Shown one piece after another: positions 56,228 to 64,000 of a DNA stretch of 64,000 nucleotides. A program made the translations under genes and the position numbers. Source of the DNA: Aneurinibacillus sp. (GTDB lineage: Bacteria > Bacillota > UBA5301 > DYFA01); assembly GCA_020725425.1 (NCBI GenBank), contig DYFA01000006.1, positions 15,500 through 79,499 of the forward strand. Direction: 5' to 3'. The notes beneath the pieces are model-generated. The model searched no databases, was not told the DNA's origin, and worked only from the letters and a program-made list of their open reading frames with translations. The first letter of the stretch is position 1; every line of letters begins with the position of its first letter.

Positions 56228-57100
56228 CTACTTCGACGGTCCGGAAAGCGATTCCTCCTCCCCCGCCTGGCGCAGCGCCGCCCGCATGGCGTCGAGCGAC
56301 GGCTTCTCTCCGGTCCAGCGCTCGAAGGCCAGGGCCCCCTGGTGGAGCAGCATCTCCTCTCCACCGAGCACCGACAGGCCCCGCTGCCGGGCCGCCTCGA
56401 GGACGGGCGCCACGGCAGGGCCATAGGCCAAGTCGCAGTAGACCCTGCCCGGGGGGAGCCACTCCAGCGGCACGGGCACCCCGGCTCCGGCCAGCGCGGT
56501 CGAGGTGGCGTTCACCACCAGATCGGCTCCGGCCAGCATTCTCCGCAAAGCGGCGCCTCCCAGGCCGCCCGCCGAGAGCGCAGTCGATCCCCAACGGCCC
56601 AGAGCCCCCGCCAGCCGGTGGGCCCGCCCTTCTGTCCGGTTGGCGAGGTGCAGCGACGCCGCTCCGCCGCGCACCAGGGCGTACCCGACCGCCCGGGCCG
56701 CCCCACCGGCTCCCAGGAGGACGGCCCGGCAGCCTGCCGGATCGACGCCGAAGGCCAGAAGGGAACGGAGGAAGCCCTCGGCGTCCGTGTTCTCCCCCCG
56801 CCACCCCCCGCCGCAGTCGACCACCGTGTTCACCGCACCGATCGCCGCCGCCTCCTCTCCCACCTCGTCCAGGAGGGGCAGGATGGCGACCTTGTGGGGC
56901 ACGGTCACGTTGAAGCCTCTCACTCCGAGGGCCCGGAGCCCCCTGACCGCCGCCGGGAGAGCCTCGGGCTCGACCCGCCAGGCCAGGTACACCCAGTCCA
57001 GGCCGGCGGCGGCGAAGGCCGCGTTGTGCATCGCCGGGGAACGCGAATGAGCCACTGGGTCGCCAATCACCCCGACGACCTGGGTGGCCCCCGTGATCAT
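56228..57100 (-). CDS. aroE: Shikimate dehydrogenase
   Basis: GDPVAHSRSPAMHN, NVTVPHK, GAVNT, NTDAEGF, GAGGAARA, MLLHQG. Confidence 0.95.
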   Translation of the reverse strand: MITGATQVVGVIGDPVAHSRSPAMHNAAFAAAGLDWVYLAWRVEPEALPAAVRGLRALGVRGFNVTVPHKVAILPLLDEVGEEAAAIGAVNTVVDCGGGWRGENTDAEGFLRSLLAFGVDPAGCRAVLLGAGGAARAVGYALVRGGAASLHLANRTEGRAHRLAGALGRWGSTALSAGGLGGAALRRMLAGADLVVNATSTALAGAGVPVPLEWLPPGRVYCDLAYGPAVAPVLEAARQRGLSVLGGEEMLLHQGALAFERWTGEKPSLDAMRAALRQAGEEESLSGPSK

Positions 57101-57159
57101 CCTCCCCCGTTGCATCTCCCCCGCCTCCACCGCTTTCGGCCCCGTCCCGGGGCCCCGTC

Positions 57160-58494
57160 TCATTCTCCGCTGACGGTCACCGGCGCGATCCGCAGGCTCG
57201 GCGATCCGGCCGAGCCGAGGAAGCGGAGATCATCACCGACCGCCTCGACTCCCGAGAGGAGGTCGAGCAGGTTGCCGGCGATGGCGACCCCCCGCACCGG
57301 TCGAGCCAAGCGGCCGTGCTCGATCCACAGGCCGGCCGCCCCCACGGAAAAATCGCCCGAGATGGGGTTGACGGTGTGCATCCCCATCACGGCCGTCACG
57401 TAAAACCCTTCGCTGACTTCGGCGATCAACTGCTCGCGGGGTGCCTTCCCGGCGGCCAGGTACAGGTTGCTCGGCCGCACCTCCGGGGTTCCCCGGAAGG
57501 ACGCCCGGATACCGTTGCCCGTCGAACTCGTCCCGCCCTTCGCCGCTGTGTAGGTGTTGTGGAGGAAGCCCTGCAGCACGCCGTCCCGGATCAGCACGGT
57601 CCGGCCGGTGGGGACCCCCTCGTCGTCGACCGGCGCCGCGCCCGCCCCCTCAACCAGCCGTCCGTCATCCACCACCTGTACCAGCGGGGAGGCGACCTTC
57701 TCCCCAACCTTGTCGGCGAAGAGCGACTTCCCCTTCTGGACGGCGTCCGCCGAGAGCGCCGGGCCGATCGTCTCCAGGAATTCCGCCGCCACCAGCGGGT
57801 CGAAGATCAAAGCCACCCGCTTGGTGCCGATGGTCCGCGCCCCCAGGAGCTGGACCGCCTTCTCCGCCGCCTCCCGGCCGATCGCCTCCGGGTCGACCCC
57901 CGCCCGCCGGTGGGAGAAGAGGTAGCTCCAGCCGGTCTCGGCGCTTCCGCCGGCCTCCGCCACCACCGTGATGCTCCCGGAGACGCTGGTCCCGGAGTAC
58001 CCCGCCCTCACCCCACGGGTGTTCAGGATCGCCACCGCATGATCGCCGTCCGTGTAGGTGGCCTTCTCGACCCGGGTCACCCGGCGGTCGAAGGCCCGGG
58101 CAGCCCGCTCAATGGCCATGGCCGTGTCTATCTTTGCTTCCGTCGACAGATCCCGGAGAACGGGATCGACCAGATCCAGCGGTTCGGCGGGAGTGAAGCC
58201 GGGCAGGCGGTTGAAGGGGTCGGAGGCGGTGGCGGCGGCGTTGGCCACCGCTGTCTCGGCCGCCGCCCGCAGCCCGCCGGGCGACAAATCGGTGGTGAAG
58301 GCGAATCCCAGGCAGCCCCGCCGGAACACCCGCAATCCAAGCCCGGTCTCAGTCGACTGGTGAAGCGTTTCGACCTTCCCGTCCGCTACCTCCACCACGA
58401 AGCTCCTGGACCGGGAGAGATAGGCCTCCGCCTCTTCCGCCCCGGCCGCCTGGGCCGCGGTGAGCGCCTGGGCTCCGTACTCTTCGAGGCTCAT
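57160..58494 (-). CDS. pmbA: PmbA/TldE family protein
   Basis: GLGLRV, KGKSLF, DDEGVP, STGNG, NPISGDFSVG, IAGNL; no HExxxH; paired with tldD. Confidence 0.88.
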   Translation of the reverse strand: MSLEEYGAQALTAAQAAGAEEAEAYLSRSRSFVVEVADGKVETLHQSTETGLGLRVFRRGCLGFAFTTDLSPGGLRAAAETAVANAAATASDPFNRLPGFTPAEPLDLVDPVLRDLSTEAKIDTAMAIERAARAFDRRVTRVEKATYTDGDHAVAILNTRGVRAGYSGTSVSGSITVVAEAGGSAETGWSYLFSHRRAGVDPEAIGREAAEKAVQLLGARTIGTKRVALIFDPLVAAEFLETIGPALSADAVQKGKSLFADKVGEKVASPLVQVVDDGRLVEGAGAAPVDDEGVPTGRTVLIRDGVLQGFLHNTYTAAKGGTSSTGNGIRASFRGTPEVRPSNLYLAAGKAPREQLIAEVSEGFYVTAVMGMHTVNPISGDFSVGAAGLWIEHGRLARPVRGVAIAGNLLDLLSGVEAVGDDLRFLGSAGSPSLRIAPVTVSGE

Positions 58495-59903
58495 AGGCTC
58501 TCCTCTCCTTCCGGGTCGTGCGCCGTCCCCCCGACAATCAGTTCGGGAATGCGCAGCGTCGGCTGGGCGTCGGTCACCGCCACCCCCTGCCCGTCCTTGC
58601 CGCAGGTGCCGATGGTAAACCCCAGGTCCGACCCGACCCGGTCCACGAGGCTCAGGGCGCGAGGCCCGTTGCCCGTGAGCGTCGCGCCCCTCACCGCCGG
58701 TCCGATCTCGCCCCGCTCAATGAGGAACCCTTCCGCCACCTCGAAGACGAAATCCCCGTTGGTGGTGTTCACCTGCCCGCCCCCCATGCGGGTGACGTAG
58801 AGGCCCCGCTCCGTATCGGCCACGATCCGCCCGGGGTCGTCCTTCCCCGGGGCGATGTAGGTGTTGCTCATGCGGGGGATGGGAACGTGACGGTAGGACT
58901 CCCGCCGCCCGCTCCCGTTCGGTTCCGCGCCCTGCCGCCGGGCGGTGATCAGGCTGTGGAGGTACTCCTTGAGCACCCCCCGCTCGATCAGCACCTTCCT
59001 CCGTGCCGGCACCCCCTCGTCGTCATAACGCGCCGAGCCGTACCGGCCGGGTAACGTGGCATCGTCGATCACCGTGACCAGTTCAGCCGCCACCTGCTCT
59101 CCCAGGCGGTCGGCGTAGACGGAGAGTCCCTTCTGCACCAGATCGGCTTCGAGCCCGTGGCCGCAGGCCTCGTGGACCATCGTGCCACCAGCCTCGGCGG
59201 CCATGACCACCGGCATCCGTCCGCTCGGCGCCGGGCGCGCCTCCAGCATGCGCACCGCCCGCCGGGCTGCCTTCTCCGCCAGCTTCTCCGGCACGTCCCC
59301 GTCGGCCAGCTCCGGGCCGGCGAACCCCCCTAGCGAGTCATAGCCCGTCTGGATGACCCCGCCCTGCGCCGCCACGGCGTTCACCGCCAGGACCGTGCGC
59401 ACCCGGCGGTCTTCGGCCAAAAAGCCCAGGGAATTGGCGATGGTCACCTCCTGGTCGAGTTCCCGGTAGTTCACTGTCACCTGGCGCACCCGCCCGTCCA
59501 CCGCCCGGGCCGCCCGGTTCACCCGCTCGACCACTGCCGCCTTGTCAGCGAGGGGGACTTCCTCCGGTAGCTGCCGGACCTCCGGGTTGAAGGCAGCCTC
59601 CCGGGATACAAGCGGCAGAGTCACCCGCCCGGCCTGCCCCGCCCGGGCGGCCGCCGCCACCACTTCCGCCGCCGCCGTCAGCCCCTCCGCCGAGAGATCG
59701 TTCGTGAAGGCGTAGGCGCTGGTATCGCCCTGCACCACCCGGATGCCCGCTCCCCCGTCGAGCCCGGTGGCCGCCCGTTCAATCCGGTCCGCCTCACAGA
59801 TCAGCGCCTGGGTCCGGCGCTGCTCCACGAAGACCTCGGCGAAGTCGCCGCCGCGGGCCAGCGCCCGCTCCAACACCGGCCCGAGCTCCCTGAATCTGGT
59901 CAA
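58491..59903 (-). CDS. tldD: TldD family metalloprotease
   Basis: GGDFAEVF, HEACGHGLEAD, DDEG, GRRESY, PRMSNT, GGQV, CGKDGQ. Confidence 0.92.
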   Translation of the reverse strand: MTRFRELGPVLERALARGGDFAEVFVEQRRTQALICEADRIERAATGLDGGAGIRVVQGDTSAYAFTNDLSAEGLTAAAEVVAAAARAGQAGRVTLPLVSREAAFNPEVRQLPEEVPLADKAAVVERVNRAARAVDGRVRQVTVNYRELDQEVTIANSLGFLAEDRRVRTVLAVNAVAAQGGVIQTGYDSLGGFAGPELADGDVPEKLAEKAARRAVRMLEARPAPSGRMPVVMAAEAGGTMVHEACGHGLEADLVQKGLSVYADRLGEQVAAELVTVIDDATLPGRYGSARYDDEGVPARRKVLIERGVLKEYLHSLITARRQGAEPNGSGRRESYRHVPIPRMSNTYIAPGKDDPGRIVADTERGLYVTRMGGGQVNTTNGDFVFEVAEGFLIERGEIGPAVRGATLTGNGPRALSLVDRVGSDLGFTIGTCGKDGQGVAVTDAQPTLRIPELIVGGTAHDPEGEESL

Positions 59904-60100
59904 ACCAAGCGCCCCCTCTGAGCACGCCGGCGCCCGCCACCAGCCGCCACCCCCGGCCGCGCCACGCGAAGTAGCGGTAGTGCAGGCGCCCGTCGCCGCC
60001 TTCGGCTACTAGTTTGCCGCGCATTGCCAATCTCCTGCCCGTGGCCCCGCGCCTCTCCGCCGGTCCCCGTTCCTGGCAGGTCCCCCCTCTCCCTGTCCCG

Positions 60101-60147
60101 AAAAAAGAAAGAGGCGAAGGGGGAAAGCCTTGTCCACCCTTCGCCTC
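60101..60147 (-). terminator. Intrinsic terminator after yqeG
   Basis: GAGGCGAAGGG...CCCTTCGCCTC followed by TTTCTTTTTT. Confidence 0.8.
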
Positions 60148-60162
60148 CAGTATATGACCGAC

Positions 60163-60678
60163 TCAAGTCGAATATACCCCGGGCAGGCCCAGCCGGTGGC
60201 GGATCACGCTCTCGATGAGCCGCGAGATCTTGGTGCCGGCGAACTCACGCGGCGAAATGGCCGAGACCAGGATGGAATACAGGCCCATCCGGTTGGCGCC
60301 CCACACGTCTGTCAGGAGCTGGTCGCCGACGGCGGCGGTGGCCCGGGGCTCCGTCCCGAGCAACTCCAGGGCACGCCGAAATCCCCCGCGGAAGGGTTTC
60401 CGGGCCCGGGCGATGAACGGGAGGCCCAACACCTCCGCCACCCCCGCCACCCGGCCCGGACGACCGTTCGAGATGATGCAGAGCCGGAAACCCCTCTCCC
60501 TGGCTTGGGCAACCCAGGCCGCCACCGGCCCCGGCACCTCGGCGCGCCCCCACTGCCAGGCGCAGAGCGTGTTATCGACGTCCAACACGATTCCCCGGAT
60601 TCCCCGGGCCCACAACTCGTCGAGCTCGATCAGCGGCACCCCCGGCGCGAGCTGGGCAGGCCGGAATCTGGCGAACAT
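60163..60678 (-). CDS. yqeG: YqeG-family HAD IIIA phosphatase
   Basis: LDVDNTL, IISNG, ARKP, VGDQLLTDVWGANRMG. Confidence 0.9.
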   Translation of the reverse strand: MFARFRPAQLAPGVPLIELDELWARGIRGIVLDVDNTLCAWQWGRAEVPGPVAAWVAQARERGFRLCIISNGRPGRVAGVAEVLGLPFIARARKPFRGGFRRALELLGTEPRATAAVGDQLLTDVWGANRMGLYSILVSAISPREFAGTKISRLIESVIRHRLGLPGVYST

Positions 60679-60714
60679 GCGACACTCCTTCCCGGCCGGC
60701 GGACCGGGAGGGAC

Positions 60715-61425
60715 TCACCGGTAACCGTCGGCGCACATCTCCTTGAACAGCTTGGCGATCGCCCGCTTCTCGATGCGGCTCACGTAAGAGCGGGAAATCC
60801 CCAGCACCCGGGAGATCTCCCGCTGCGTGCGGCGGGCGCTGTTGCCCAACCCGTACCGCAGTTCGAGGACCTTCTTCTCCCGCCGGGAAAGGCCGGCGAG
60901 CTTCTCGTAGAGCTTCTTCTGCTCCGCCTCGCTCTCCACCTGCTCCGCCACGATGTCGTGGTTGGTGCCGAGAATGTCCATCAGAGTGATCTCGTTGCCT
61001 TCTTTGTCCGCCCCGAGCGGTTCGTAAAGCATCATCTCGCTCCGGGAGCGCTTCGTGGCCCGCAGGCACATCAGGATCTCGTTCTCGATGCAGCGGGCGG
61101 CGTACGTGGCCAGCCTCGTTTTCTTGCTCCGGTCGAAGGTGTTGATCGCCTTGATCAGACCGATCGTCCCGATGGAGATCAGATCGTCGGTGTCCTGGCC
61201 GGTGTTGTCGAACTTCTTCACGATATGGGCGACCAGGCGGAGATTCCGCTCGATCAGCACGTTCCGCGCCTCCTGGTCGCCCTGCTCCATCCGGGCCAGG
61301 TACTCGGCTTCCTCCTCCTCGGACAGCGGCTGGGGAAAGGCACTGCCGTTTGAGACATAGGAGGCCAGAAGCGAGAGGCCCTGGAGCAGGAAGACCAGGG
61401 CCGCCGATAACCACGCCGGGATCAA
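60715..61425 (-). CDS. sigK: Pro-sigma-K (uninterrupted)
   Basis: Hydrophobic pro-sequence then SYVSNGSAFPQPLS, LIERNLRLVAHIVKKF, LATYAARCIENEILM, DKEGNEITL, GISRSYVSRIEKRA. Confidence 0.95.
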   Translation of the reverse strand: MIPAWLSAALVFLLQGLSLLASYVSNGSAFPQPLSEEEEAEYLARMEQGDQEARNVLIERNLRLVAHIVKKFDNTGQDTDDLISIGTIGLIKAINTFDRSKKTRLATYAARCIENEILMCLRATKRSRSEMMLYEPLGADKEGNEITLMDILGTNHDIVAEQVESEAEQKKLYEKLAGLSRREKKVLELRYGLGNSARRTQREISRVLGISRSYVSRIEKRAIAKLFKEMCADGYR

Positions 61426-61458
61426 TCCGGCTCACCCCCCGAGCGAAGAGTCCTTATT

Positions 61459-61487
61459 AGCGTATGCCTCCGGGGGGTTAATCGTGC
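61459..61487 (-). promoter_or_regulatory. SigE/SigK-type promoter for sigK
   Basis: GCAC...: AC-N17-CATACGCT. Confidence 0.6.
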
Positions 61488-61492
61488 GCGTC

Positions 61493-62596
61493 CTACCTGC
61501 TAGGTGAGGCCATCCGACGCAATCCCGCTTCGTACCGGCGCTGGGCGAGGAGGTGCTCGCCGTAAGAACAGGAGAAGCGGTGGGTCCCATCCCCCTTCGC
61601 CACGAAGTACAGGTACGGGGTCGACTCCGGCTGGGCCACCGCGGCCAGGCTGGACCGCCCCGGATTGCCGATGGGTCCGGGGGGAAGCCCTGGATGGAGA
61701 TACGTGTTGTAGGGGGAATCGACCTGGAGGTCGTCCAGGCTCAGGCGGCTTTTGTGCCTCCCCAGGGCGTACTCCACCGTAGCGCAGGACTGCAGCGGCA
61801 TCCCCCGCGACAGGCGGTTGTAGAAGACGCCGGCGATCGTCCGCCGCTCCTCCTCGACCTGGGCTTCCGCTTCAACCAGTGAGGCCAGGACGACCATCTG
61901 GTAGAAGGTCACCTGCTGACGCAGCGGGCTCTGCTCGTACAGCGGGCGCGCTTCAGCCAGGAAACGCTCGACCATCCGGCGGAGGAGGCGCTCCGGGGGC
62001 TCTCCCCGGCTGAGCTCGTAGGTGTCCGGGAAGAGGAACCCCTCCAGGCTGGCCGCGCCGGCGAGTTCGGTAGGCAGACGGTCGCCGAACACCTTCTCCG
62101 GCGAGGAGACCAGCTCCCAGAGCTCCTCCTCCGTGCCCGCCCCGGCGCGCGCCAACCGGTACACCACTTCCCGGGCCTGCAGTCCCTCTGGTAACGTGAC
62201 CCGGCGGGTCACGGTCCGCCCCTCCGCCAGAGCCGCCAGAACGGTCCACGAGGGCATCCCGGCGTTGAGGCGGTACTCGCCTGCCCGGAGCGACCGGTCC
62301 AGGCCGCGTACCCGCGCCAGCAGGCGAAAGAGCGCCGGATGCCGGAGAAGCCCCTCCCGGGCCAGCACCATGGTGGCCTCCCGGGTGGTCGAGCCCGGAG
62401 GGAGGTAAACGAGGCGGTCCGGTTGCGGAGGGGGAGACGCCGGGCCCAGGGCGACCAGGACCAGCGCCGCCAGGCCGAGCAGGGCCGCCAGACCCCGCGC
62501 CAGGAGGTACAGGGCGGCAGGATGGCGCCGCAGAAAGAGCAGCGCCTCCCGTTCCTTCTGCCCGAGCCCTGCCAGTGCTTGGCGCGCCGGGTCCAT
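61493..62596 (-). CDS. mltG: Endolytic transglycosylase MltG
   Basis: LRAGEY, VTLPEG, LEGFLFPDTY, LASLVEAEA, IAGVFYNRL, SPYNTY..PGLPPGPIGNPG, YLYFVA. Confidence 0.93.
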   Translation of the reverse strand: MDPARQALAGLGQKEREALLFLRRHPAALYLLARGLAALLGLAALVLVALGPASPPPQPDRLVYLPPGSTTREATMVLAREGLLRHPALFRLLARVRGLDRSLRAGEYRLNAGMPSWTVLAALAEGRTVTRRVTLPEGLQAREVVYRLARAGAGTEEELWELVSSPEKVFGDRLPTELAGAASLEGFLFPDTYELSRGEPPERLLRRMVERFLAEARPLYEQSPLRQQVTFYQMVVLASLVEAEAQVEEERRTIAGVFYNRLSRGMPLQSCATVEYALGRHKSRLSLDDLQVDSPYNTYLHPGLPPGPIGNPGRSSLAAVAQPESTPYLYFVAKGDGTHRFSCSYGEHLLAQRRYEAGLRRMASPSR

Positions 62597-62616
62597 CCAA
62601 TCACCTCACGCCCACC

Positions 62617-62645
62617 ATTATAGTCCATCATCCACCAGGGAGCAA
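62617..62645 (-). promoter_or_regulatory. SigA promoter for mltG
   Basis: TTGCTC-N17-TATAAT. Confidence 0.55.
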
Positions 62646-62731
62646 ACCGGCCAAAGCGAAGGCCGCCCGCTGCCAGTGCAGGCGGCCCGTGGCGCGACCC
62701 GAAGCGCCCCATCGTCGGGAGCCCCTCCCGC

Positions 62732-63049
62732 CTACTCCTCTTCGTCCTCTTCGCAGAGCTCGTAGTAGCGCTGCTCCGCTGCGGCGAACTCGGCGTCGTC
62801 CTCGATGTCGACCAGCACGTCCTCGCCCTTCTCGTCCTGTTCGACCCGGAAGATGACCGCCGACTCCTCGACCTCCTCGTGCTCCTCCTCCTCGGCCTCC
62901 TCCGCCTCCTCTTCCTCCTCGCCATCGAGGTCTTCCAACGGGATGAGCACGGCGTAACGCTTGCCTTTCAACTCGAAGAGCCGGTCCACGGCGAACTCGA
63001 ACTCTTCCCCTTCATCGTTTACGATCGTGATCTCCTCGAATTCTTCCAT
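62732..63049 (-). CDS. DUF1292 (YrzB-like) acidic protein
   Basis: ITIVNDEGEEFEF, GKRYAVLIP, VIFRV, LVDIEDDAEF; sits between ruvX and mltG. Confidence 0.85.
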   Translation of the reverse strand: MEEFEEITIVNDEGEEFEFAVDRLFELKGKRYAVLIPLEDLDGEEEEEAEEAEEEEHEEVEESAVIFRVEQDEKGEDVLVDIEDDAEFAAAEQRYYELCEEDEEE

Positions 63050-63053
63050 GCAC

Positions 63054-63515
63054 TCACGTCCTCTCTGTCTCGTGCCCCGGACCCGGAAGCCGAGGCTTAG
63101 TCTTCCCGCCACTCCGGCGCAAATACCCGTCGAGGATCAGCGCCGCCGCCACCTTGTCGATGACCTGGCGGCGCCGGCGGCGGGACAGGTCCCCGGCGAG
63201 CAGGACCCCCTCCGCCTCCGCGGTGGTCAGTCGCTCGTCGAACAGCTCGACCGGTATCGGGACTGCTTTGGCCAGCTCGCCGGCGAACTCCTTTACCCGT
63301 GCTGCGGCCGGACCCTCCGAGCCGTCGAGGCGCAGGGGCAGGCCGACCACCACCTTTTCCGCCTCGACTTCTTCCACAAGGGCGGCTACCGCCGCCACGT
63401 CCGTCTCCGGGCGGCGCCGGGCCACCACTGAGTGGGCCTGGGCTGTCAACCCCAGCGGATCGCTCACCGCCACCCCGATCCGCCGCTCCCCCACGTCCAA
63501 CGCCAGGATACGCAT
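63054..63515 (-). CDS. ruvX: YqgF/RuvX family RNase H-fold nuclease
   Basis: MRILALDVGERRIGVAVSDPLG, VVGLP, DERLTT, IDKVAAALIL. Confidence 0.93.
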   Translation of the reverse strand: MRILALDVGERRIGVAVSDPLGLTAQAHSVVARRRPETDVAAVAALVEEVEAEKVVVGLPLRLDGSEGPAAARVKEFAGELAKAVPIPVELFDERLTTAEAEGVLLAGDLSRRRRRQVIDKVAAALILDGYLRRSGGKTKPRLPGPGHETERT

Positions 63516-63523
63516 GCCGCACC

Positions 63524-64000
63524 TCACACGATCTTGATCGCCATCTCGGGGCAGGCTGCCCCGCAGTAGCCGCAGAGCAGGCAGCGTTCCCGGTCCACCA
63601 CCGCCCGGTCTTCCACCACCGTCAGCGCTCCGGACGGGCACGCCGCCGCACAGGCGCCACACCCGGCGCACCACGCCTCTATATGGAGCCACCGTCCGGT
63701 AGCCGCCACCGCCTGCGCCAGCCGCTCAAGCTCCGGCTCATCAGGGGCGTCCGGCTCCCCGGCCAGCCGGGCGACGAGGCCGGCGTTGAAACGGACCTCA
63801 GCCTCGCTGCGCATCCCCACCGCCACCGCCGCCACCCCGGGGAGGTCCAGCGCCCAGGCGAGGCTGTCGCGGGCCGATCCCCGCAGGTGGCCGCCGGCCA
63901 ACGGCTTCATGACATAGAGACCTTTTCCCATCGCCGCCGCCAGGTCGAGCGCCTCCCGCATCGCCGGGAGACCTCCCTTGACTCCCAGCCCCGCCCGGTT
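63524..64000 (-). CDS. Aldo/keto reductase with C-terminal 2x[4Fe-4S] ferredoxin domain, 3' part (5' end outside window)
   Basis: YVMKPLAGGHL, AVAVGMRSEAE; CAGCGACAAACP and CLLCGYCGAACP. Confidence 0.8.
   Translation of the reverse strand, partial: NRAGLGVKGGLPAMREALDLAAAMGKGLYVMKPLAGGHLRGSARDSLAWALDLPGVAAVAVGMRSEAEVRFNAGLVARLAGEPDAPDEPELERLAQAVAATGRWLHIEAWCAGCGACAAACPSGALTVVEDRAVVDRERCLLCGYCGAACPEMAIKIV

Noticed and set aside
62732-62960. Low-complexity (CCT)n-rich tract suggesting a repeat array
   Set aside because: It encodes the poly-Glu stretch of the DUF1292 protein. There is no repeat-spacer periodicity, so it is not CRISPR.
202-63537. Many long plus-strand ORFs (e.g. 7593-9779, 33402-35879, 50801-52504, 5793-7490, 46405-47931)
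   Set aside because: They are antisense shadows of well-supported minus-strand genes, expected in high-GC DNA. They are Arg/Pro/Gly-rich with no recognisable motifs.
1-64000. Prophage, IS element, integrase, defence island, tRNA or rRNA
   Set aside because: No transposase, recombinase, phage or defence motifs in the translated ORFs, no obvious composition shift, and no cloverleaf or rRNA signatures seen.

Overview
High-GC chromosomal window from an endospore-forming Bacillota (Firmicutes). Almost all genes are on the minus strand. In transcription order (right to left): partial aldo/keto reductase-ferredoxin, ruvX, DUF1292, mltG, intact sigK, yqeG, tldD/pmbA, a shikimate operon (aroE-comFB-aroC-aroK/aroB fusion-aroQ), Xaa-Pro peptidase, efp, spoIIIAA-AH, a pyruvate carboxylase-B/AccB fusion with accC, asp23-amaP-DUF2273-nusB, xseAB-ispA, an OLE RNA with oapA, dxs-tlyA-nadK-argR-recN-spoIVB, an unusually divergent spo0A, a steA-steB-GT2-MraY-like cluster, nfo, spore/cell-wall hydrolases and a double deacetylase, M16 peptidase, dut, a Spo0E-like gene, the dap/dpa cluster, rnj, tepA-ylzJ, Na/Pi transporter, uppP and a liv ABC transporter operon. 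I saw no mobile elements, CRISPR arrays, rRNA or tRNA. The strongest signals not explained by the ORF track are non-coding or nested: (i) a ~620-nt OLE RNA; (ii) a Leu/Ile/Val-containing leader peptide with mutually exclusive antiterminator/terminator before the liv operon; (iii) a terminator-containing leader resembling the Na+-I (DUF1646) riboswitch before pycB-accB; (iv) an internal Shine-Dalgarno plus TTG that could yield free AccB from inside the fusion gene. All calls come from motif recognition by eye; no database searches were run.
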